A stretch of 64,000 nt of DNA, from the NCBI GenBank assembly GCA_045636445.1, contig JAZTXO010000006.1, positions 5,077 to 69,076 on the forward strand, given 5' to 3'. The position numbers were made by a program, and so were the translations under genes. This stretch comes from Eubacteriales bacterium (GTDB lineage: Bacteria > Bacillota > Clostridia > Oscillospirales > CAG-272). The notes under the pieces were generated by a model that searched no databases, had not been told where the DNA came from, and saw only the letters and a program-made list of their open reading frames with translations. Every line of letters starts with the position of its first letter. Positions within the stretch are counted from its first letter, which is position 1. This document shows positions 59,382 through 64,000 of this stretch, one piece after another.

Positions 59382-59591
59382 ATGAAGGCCGGAATTCATC
59401 CCGAATACAAGGAAGCTACCATCAAGTGTGCTTGCGGTGAGACAGTTCTTACTCATTCCGTTAAGGGTGATATGAACGTTGAAATCTGCTCCAAGTGCCA
59501 CCCCTTCTATACAGGTAAGCAGAAGTTCGTTGATGCAGGCGGACGTCTTGACAAGTTCAAGAAGCGTCTTGCAATGGTTAATAATAAGTAA
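59382..59591 (+). CDS. rpmE: 50S ribosomal protein L31 (Zn-binding type)
   Basis: [22 protein letters not shown]. Confidence 0.97.
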   Translation: MKAGIHPEYKEATIKCACGETVLTHSVKGDMNVEICSKCHPFYTGKQKFVDAGGRLDKFKKRLAMVNNK

Positions 59592-59603
59592 TCATTGAAC
59601 ATT

Positions 59604-59637
59604 AAAAGAGCGTTGGATTTTCTCCTCGCTCTTTTTG
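59604..59637 (+). terminator. Terminator after rpmE
   Basis: aaaagagcg / cgctcttttt. Confidence 0.7.
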
Positions 59638-59654
59638 TTCTATATTGAAAGAAT

Positions 59655-60917
59655 ATGGATGATATTAAATTAATTAAAAATCCTGCTATTCTTGTAGGAA
59701 TTGCTTCAAGCGGTTCTCAGATGACCGAGTGCGAAAATTCACTTGACGAGCTTTCTCGTCTTTTAGATACAGCAGGAGGCGAAGTTTTTTGCCGAGTAGT
59801 TCAGGTTAAGGAAACGCTTGACCCAAGAACCTGTATAGGAAGCGGCAAGGTGAAAGAAATATCCGAGGTTTGTAAAAACAATGCAATAAATCTTGTTGTG
59901 TTTGATTTTGAACTTACTCCTGCTCAAATTAGAAATTTGGAATCGGATATTGGCGAGGATGTAAGGGTAATCGATAGAAGTATGCTTATCCTTGATATTT
60001 TCGCTCTTCATGCCGTTAGTGCCGAAGGAAAGCTTCAGGTTGAACTTGCTCAATTAAAATATACAGCTCCAAGACTTATGGGGCAGGGTAAAGATCTTTC
60101 AAGACTTGGAGGCGGTATTGGAACACGCGGCCCCGGTGAATCTAAGCTTGAAAGCGACAGACGTCACCTTAAAGAAAAAACGGTTGCTCTTGAAAGAAAG
60201 CTTGATGAGTTGGAGCACAACAGAGAAATAATGCGTGCTCAAAGAGATAGATCCGGACTGGTTAAAATAGCTTTGGTTGGATACACTAACGCAGGAAAAT
60301 CAACCTTGCTTAATGCATTGACCGGTGCAGGAGTTCTTTCGGAGGATAAGCTGTTCGCAACACTTGATCCGACAACTAGAAAGCTGGAACTTCCGCACGG
60401 TGAGGTCGTTCTGTTGACCGATACGGTCGGATTCATTCGAAAGCTGCCGCATCATCTTGTCAAGGCATTCAAATCGACACTTGACGAGGTTAGATATGCT
60501 GACATTTTGTTGATCGTATCAGATGTAACCGATCCCGAGGTTATGGAGCATATTGAGGTCACTCGTTCTGTCGTTGCTGATCTTGGAGCTTCGGACAAAC
60601 CGACGTTGCTTGTTTTTAATAAATGCGACTTATTATCGGGCAGAAATGAAGTTGCTGCATCCGGCGACAAGGTTTTTGTATCCGGAGCAAATGGCGAAGG
60701 AATAGATTCATTGCTTGAAGCAATTGAAAATATTATTCTTGGATTTAAGAAAAAATATAACATTTTGCTTCCTTATTCCGAGCAATCCTTGTTAAACTTT
60801 TTATATACAAATTACTCGGTTGAGTCTGTTGATTATATCGCCGAGGGAGTTTTTGTTGTTGCAACTCTTGATGAACGAGGTTCGGGTACACTTGCGAAAT
60901 ACATTATAGCGGAGTAA
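59655..60917 (+). CDS. hflX: Ribosome-splitting GTPase HflX
   Basis: IGSGK, ILDIF, GIGTRGPGE, GYTNAGKS, LFATLD, DTVGF, NKCD. Confidence 0.97.
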   Translation: MDDIKLIKNPAILVGIASSGSQMTECENSLDELSRLLDTAGGEVFCRVVQVKETLDPRTCIGSGKVKEISEVCKNNAINLVVFDFELTPAQIRNLESDIGEDVRVIDRSMLILDIFALHAVSAEGKLQVELAQLKYTAPRLMGQGKDLSRLGGGIGTRGPGESKLESDRRHLKEKTVALERKLDELEHNREIMRAQRDRSGLVKIALVGYTNAGKSTLLNALTGAGVLSEDKLFATLDPTTRKLELPHGEVVLLTDTVGFIRKLPHHLVKAFKSTLDEVRYADILLIVSDVTDPEVMEHIEVTRSVVADLGASDKPTLLVFNKCDLLSGRNEVAASGDKVFVSGANGEGIDSLLEAIENIILGFKKKYNILLPYSEQSLLNFLYTNYSVESVDYIAEGVFVVATLDERGSGTLAKYIIAE

Positions 60918-60920
60918 ATT

Positions 60921-61538
60921 TTGGAAAGTTATATTACGGTAAAAGAAAGATCAACTTTTGAGTTTGAAGACCGCAAATCCGTTTTTATAGCGGATGCGTC
61001 TCCCGTTTCTAATGAATCGGAGGCATTGGCTTTTTTAGAAAGCGTAAAAAAGAAATATCCTGACGCAAGACACCATGTATATGCATACGTTTTGCGTGAA
61101 AATTCGGTAATGAGATTTTCCGATGATCACGAGCCGCAAGGTACTGCTGGAATGCCGGTTCTTGACATTATCAGAAAAAATGGATGTACCGACACTATTA
61201 TTGTTGTAACACGCTATTTCGGAGGTACGCTTCTTGGAACGGGCGGACTTGTTCATGCATATACTACCTCGGCCCTTGGAGCTTTGAAAGCAGCACAAAT
61301 CATCAGATATGACATATATTGCGATGTCGAGTTCACTCTTTCTTATTCGGATCACGGAAAGGTAAATGCTGCTCTGTGTGGCTTCGATTTCAGAATTGAT
61401 GATACGATATTCGGTGCTGATGTTACTGTCGTCGGCAGAATTTTGAAGTCAGATGTCGAAGAATTAAGCAAGAAAATTACAGAGATAACATCAGGAAGAT
61501 CATCGGTTAAAATAATCGGTGAAAAATTTGATTATTAA
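60921..61538 (+). CDS. YigZ/IMPACT-family protein
   Basis: ARHHVYAY, DDHEPQGTAG, VVTRYFGGTLLGTGGL. Confidence 0.92.
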   Translation: MESYITVKERSTFEFEDRKSVFIADASPVSNESEALAFLESVKKKYPDARHHVYAYVLRENSVMRFSDDHEPQGTAGMPVLDIIRKNGCTDTIIVVTRYFGGTLLGTGGLVHAYTTSALGALKAAQIIRYDIYCDVEFTLSYSDHGKVNAALCGFDFRIDDTIFGADVTVVGRILKSDVEELSKKITEITSGRSSVKIIGEKFDY

Positions 61539-61613
61539 ATTTAAAAAAATAAAAGTGATTTTGCTCTAAACTGCGTATATTATAAACGAACGTATAAAGA
61601 AGGGAGGGGTTAT

Positions 61614-63383
61614 ATGATAAGCAAAGAAACTATTGAGCAGGTGCTGATGAGAAACGATATCGAAACTCTTATTGGCAGTTATGTTTCTTTAAAACGTGCA
61701 GGCTCGAATTTAAAAGGACTATGTCCTTTTCACAGTGAAAAATCTCCTTCCTTTACCGTTTATCCCGCTGATAATAGCTTTTATTGCTTTGGCTGCGGAA
61801 TTGGCGGCGATGCAATCACGTTCATAAGAAAACGTGAGAATCTTGATTACCCCGATGCTGTTGAGTTCCTTGCGAACAGAGCAGGAATAACAATTGTCCG
61901 TGATGAATCCAAAAACAGAGGTTACTCATCACCGAAGTTCGATAGAGCTAAAATGCTCAAAATGAATGTGGATGCAGCAAAATTTTTCCATCAACAGCTT
62001 TTTATAGATTCTCCGGAAGCAAAAGCCGCACTTGATTATTTTGTTAACCAAAGAAAGCTTTCACTTGCAACGATAAAACATTTCGGTTTAGGATATGCAC
62101 CGAACAGCTTTGATGTGTTTTCCAAATATATGCTTGCTCGCGGATATACCTACGACGAGCTTGTTGCAGGATTTTTATGCGGAAAAAGCGAAAGAGGTAC
62201 GTATTACGACGCTTTTAGAAACAGGGTGATGTTTCCTATAATTGACGTTGCCGGAAACGTGATTGCCTTTGGTGGACGAGTTATGGATGACTCCAAGCCA
62301 AAATATAAAAACTCATCTGATACTCCGGTTTTTAAGAAATCAAGAAATCTATTTGCTCTTAATTTTGCAAGACTTGCTTGCGAGGAAACTTTAATTCTTT
62401 GTGAAGGTTATATGGACGTTATAGCTCTTCATTCAGCGGGATTTACAAACGCTGTGGCAACTCTTGGTACTGCAATAACTGCAGAACAAGCCAGAATGAT
62501 GAGCAGATACACTAAAAAAGTCGTTATTTCATACGATGCCGACGAGGCGGGGCAGAAAGCTGCAATGCGAGCAATCAAGATGTTGAGCGAGGTTGGACTT
62601 GATGTTTTAATACTGAAAGTTCCTGATGCAAAAGACCCCGATGAATATATAAAATCCAATGGCGCGGACAAGTTTAAAAGGCTTCTAGAAAGCTCTAAAA
62701 ACAAGTTTGATTATCATATGGATAATATATTGGCAAAGTATAATTTGGATATTTCCGGAGATAAAGTTAAAGCTACAAAAGAACTTGTAAAACTTATTTC
62801 CGAGATTTATTCCTCGGCAGAACGTGATATTTACATTCAAGTTGTTGCTAAAGCGCTTGACGTTGATGCGAAGAGCTTGAAGGTCGATGTGAACCGTGTC
62901 TTGACACAAAATTATCGTTCAAGGAAGCGTGAAGAATCCGAAAAAATCAAGCAGGATACCATTGGTTATTCAGACAGAGTAAATCCCGATTTCATAAAGG
63001 CTCCGTCTGTTGCAAAAAATGAAGAACACGTGCTCGGTCTTCTTTTCACTTACCCTGAACATAGAAAGACTGTTTTTGAAAATAATCTGCTTTGCGAGGA
63101 TGATTTTTATACAGATTTGAATAAAAGGTTTTTCAACCTTTTACTACAAAATTATCGTAATGGCGATGATGCTATGTATGGTATAAATGAAGCATTTAGC
63201 GAAGAAGAGGTTGGCAGAGCTACACGCATGAAAACTATGCGTATGCATTTGTCGAACGGGCCTGAAGTTCTGAATGAAAGTATTAAAACACTGAAAAGCG
63301 GTGTTGAGAGAAAGAAGTCGGAGCAGGCAAATACCTTTGATGAATTAAAAGAAATAATAAATAATAAACAAAAGAAGGTTTAA
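61614..63383 (+). CDS. dnaG: DNA primase
   Basis: [15 protein letters not shown] Zn finger, FGGR, KYKNS, EGYMDV, YDADEAG, DPD. Confidence 0.97.
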   Translation: MISKETIEQVLMRNDIETLIGSYVSLKRAGSNLKGLCPFHSEKSPSFTVYPADNSFYCFGCGIGGDAITFIRKRENLDYPDAVEFLANRAGITIVRDESKNRGYSSPKFDRAKMLKMNVDAAKFFHQQLFIDSPEAKAALDYFVNQRKLSLATIKHFGLGYAPNSFDVFSKYMLARGYTYDELVAGFLCGKSERGTYYDAFRNRVMFPIIDVAGNVIAFGGRVMDDSKPKYKNSSDTPVFKKSRNLFALNFARLACEETLILCEGYMDVIALHSAGFTNAVATLGTAITAEQARMMSRYTKKVVISYDADEAGQKAAMRAIKMLSEVGLDVLILKVPDAKDPDEYIKSNGADKFKRLLESSKNKFDYHMDNILAKYNLDISGDKVKATKELVKLISEIYSSAERDIYIQVVAKALDVDAKSLKVDVNRVLTQNYRSRKREESEKIKQDTIGYSDRVNPDFIKAPSVAKNEEHVLGLLFTYPEHRKTVFENNLLCEDDFYTDLNKRFFNLLLQNYRNGDDAMYGINEAFSEEEVGRATRMKTMRMHLSNGPEVLNESIKTLKSGVERKKSEQANTFDELKEIINNKQKKV

Positions 63384-63391
63384 AGATATTT

Positions 63392-64000
63392 ATGAGAAGA
63401 GACAAAATTGACGTTAACGAATTTATTGATTCCAAAAGCGACGGTATCGGCAATTCCGATATTATGAAAGCTCTTGAAGATATTGATTATGATATCGTTC
63501 AAGCCGACCTTGAATCCGCAACTCCCGATGATATTGAAAGCGAAGACTTTAAGGATATAGAGCAGGACGTAAGAGCCTTTGATTCTGCTGAAAGTATTGA
63601 TAAAATGTTTTCTCAGGAAGGTCTTGCAATTGACGATCCTGTTCGTATGTATCTTAAAGAGATAGGTAAAATTCCTCTTCTTACGCCCGAAAGAGAAACC
63701 TATCTTGCTCAACAGATTGCCGACGGTAACAAAGCTGCCAAGGACGAGCTTATCGAAGCTAATCTGCGTCTTGTTGTTAGTATTGCAAAGCGTCATGTCG
63801 GTAAGGGAATGTATTTCCTCGATCTTATTCAGGAGGGTAACCTTGGTCTTATTAAGGCTGTTGAAAAGTTTGATTATAATAAGGGATATAAATTTTCAAC
63901 TTATGCTACTTGGTGGATTCGTCAGGCTATAACCAGAGCTATTGCAGACCAGGCAAGAACAATTCGTATTCCCGTTCACATGGTTGAAACCATACATAAG
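63392..64000 (+). CDS. rpoD: Primary sigma factor SigA/RpoD (3'-truncated by window edge; not in ORF track)
   Basis: Own translation: MRRDKID...[64 protein letters not shown]. Confidence 0.96.
   Translation, partial: MRRDKIDVNEFIDSKSDGIGNSDIMKALEDIDYDIVQADLESATPDDIESEDFKDIEQDVRAFDSAESIDKMFSQEGLAIDDPVRMYLKEIGKIPLLTPERETYLAQQIADGNKAAKDELIEANLRLVVSIAKRHVGKGMYFLDLIQEGNLGLIKAVEKFDYNKGYKFSTYATWWIRQAITRAIADQARTIRIPVHMVETIHK

Noticed and set aside
63380-63932. ORF-track calls at window end
   Set aside because: Overlap the real rpoD frame starting at 63392, which runs off the window
1-64000. CRISPR arrays, tRNA/rRNA, transposases, prophage, defence systems
   Set aside because: No repeat-spacer arrays or diagnostic motifs seen by eye; short RNAs could be missed without a covariance search

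Overview
Chromosomal segment of a low-GC, spore-forming Clostridia-type (probably Oscillospirales-like) bacterium. It is mostly housekeeping: ispE, hslO, PPi-pfk, SAM-I riboswitch-metK, recD2, a dcw cluster, ispDF, rpe, ruvAB, nusB-xseAB-tlyA-nadK-argR-recN, murB-whiA-dnaE, a ClpE-like ATPase, mrp, spoIIGA-sigE, rpmE, hflX and dnaG-sigA. I saw no tRNA/rRNA, CRISPR, phage or transposase. The best candidate for an undescribed system is a five-gene envelope operon (4480-13326, minus strand). It encodes a TMEM164/YwaF-like membrane domain fused to an ABC ATPase, a large permease, a membrane-anchored Ig-domain protein and two paralogous Ig + beta-helix-like lipoproteins. Second, the dcw cluster appears split by regulation: the spoVD-murG peptidoglycan block sits behind a terminator and a SigE-like promoter, while ftsZ has its own SigA promoter. 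Next to it are an MreB paralogue with degenerate ATPase motifs and an unannotated 41-aa membrane peptide. Also noted: a duplicated CE4 deacetylase domain with a catalytic Asp>Ala, an internal RBS in the ispDF fusion, a divergent SOD-like protein and two candidate structured RNAs. All family assignments come from motif recognition by eye; no searches were run.
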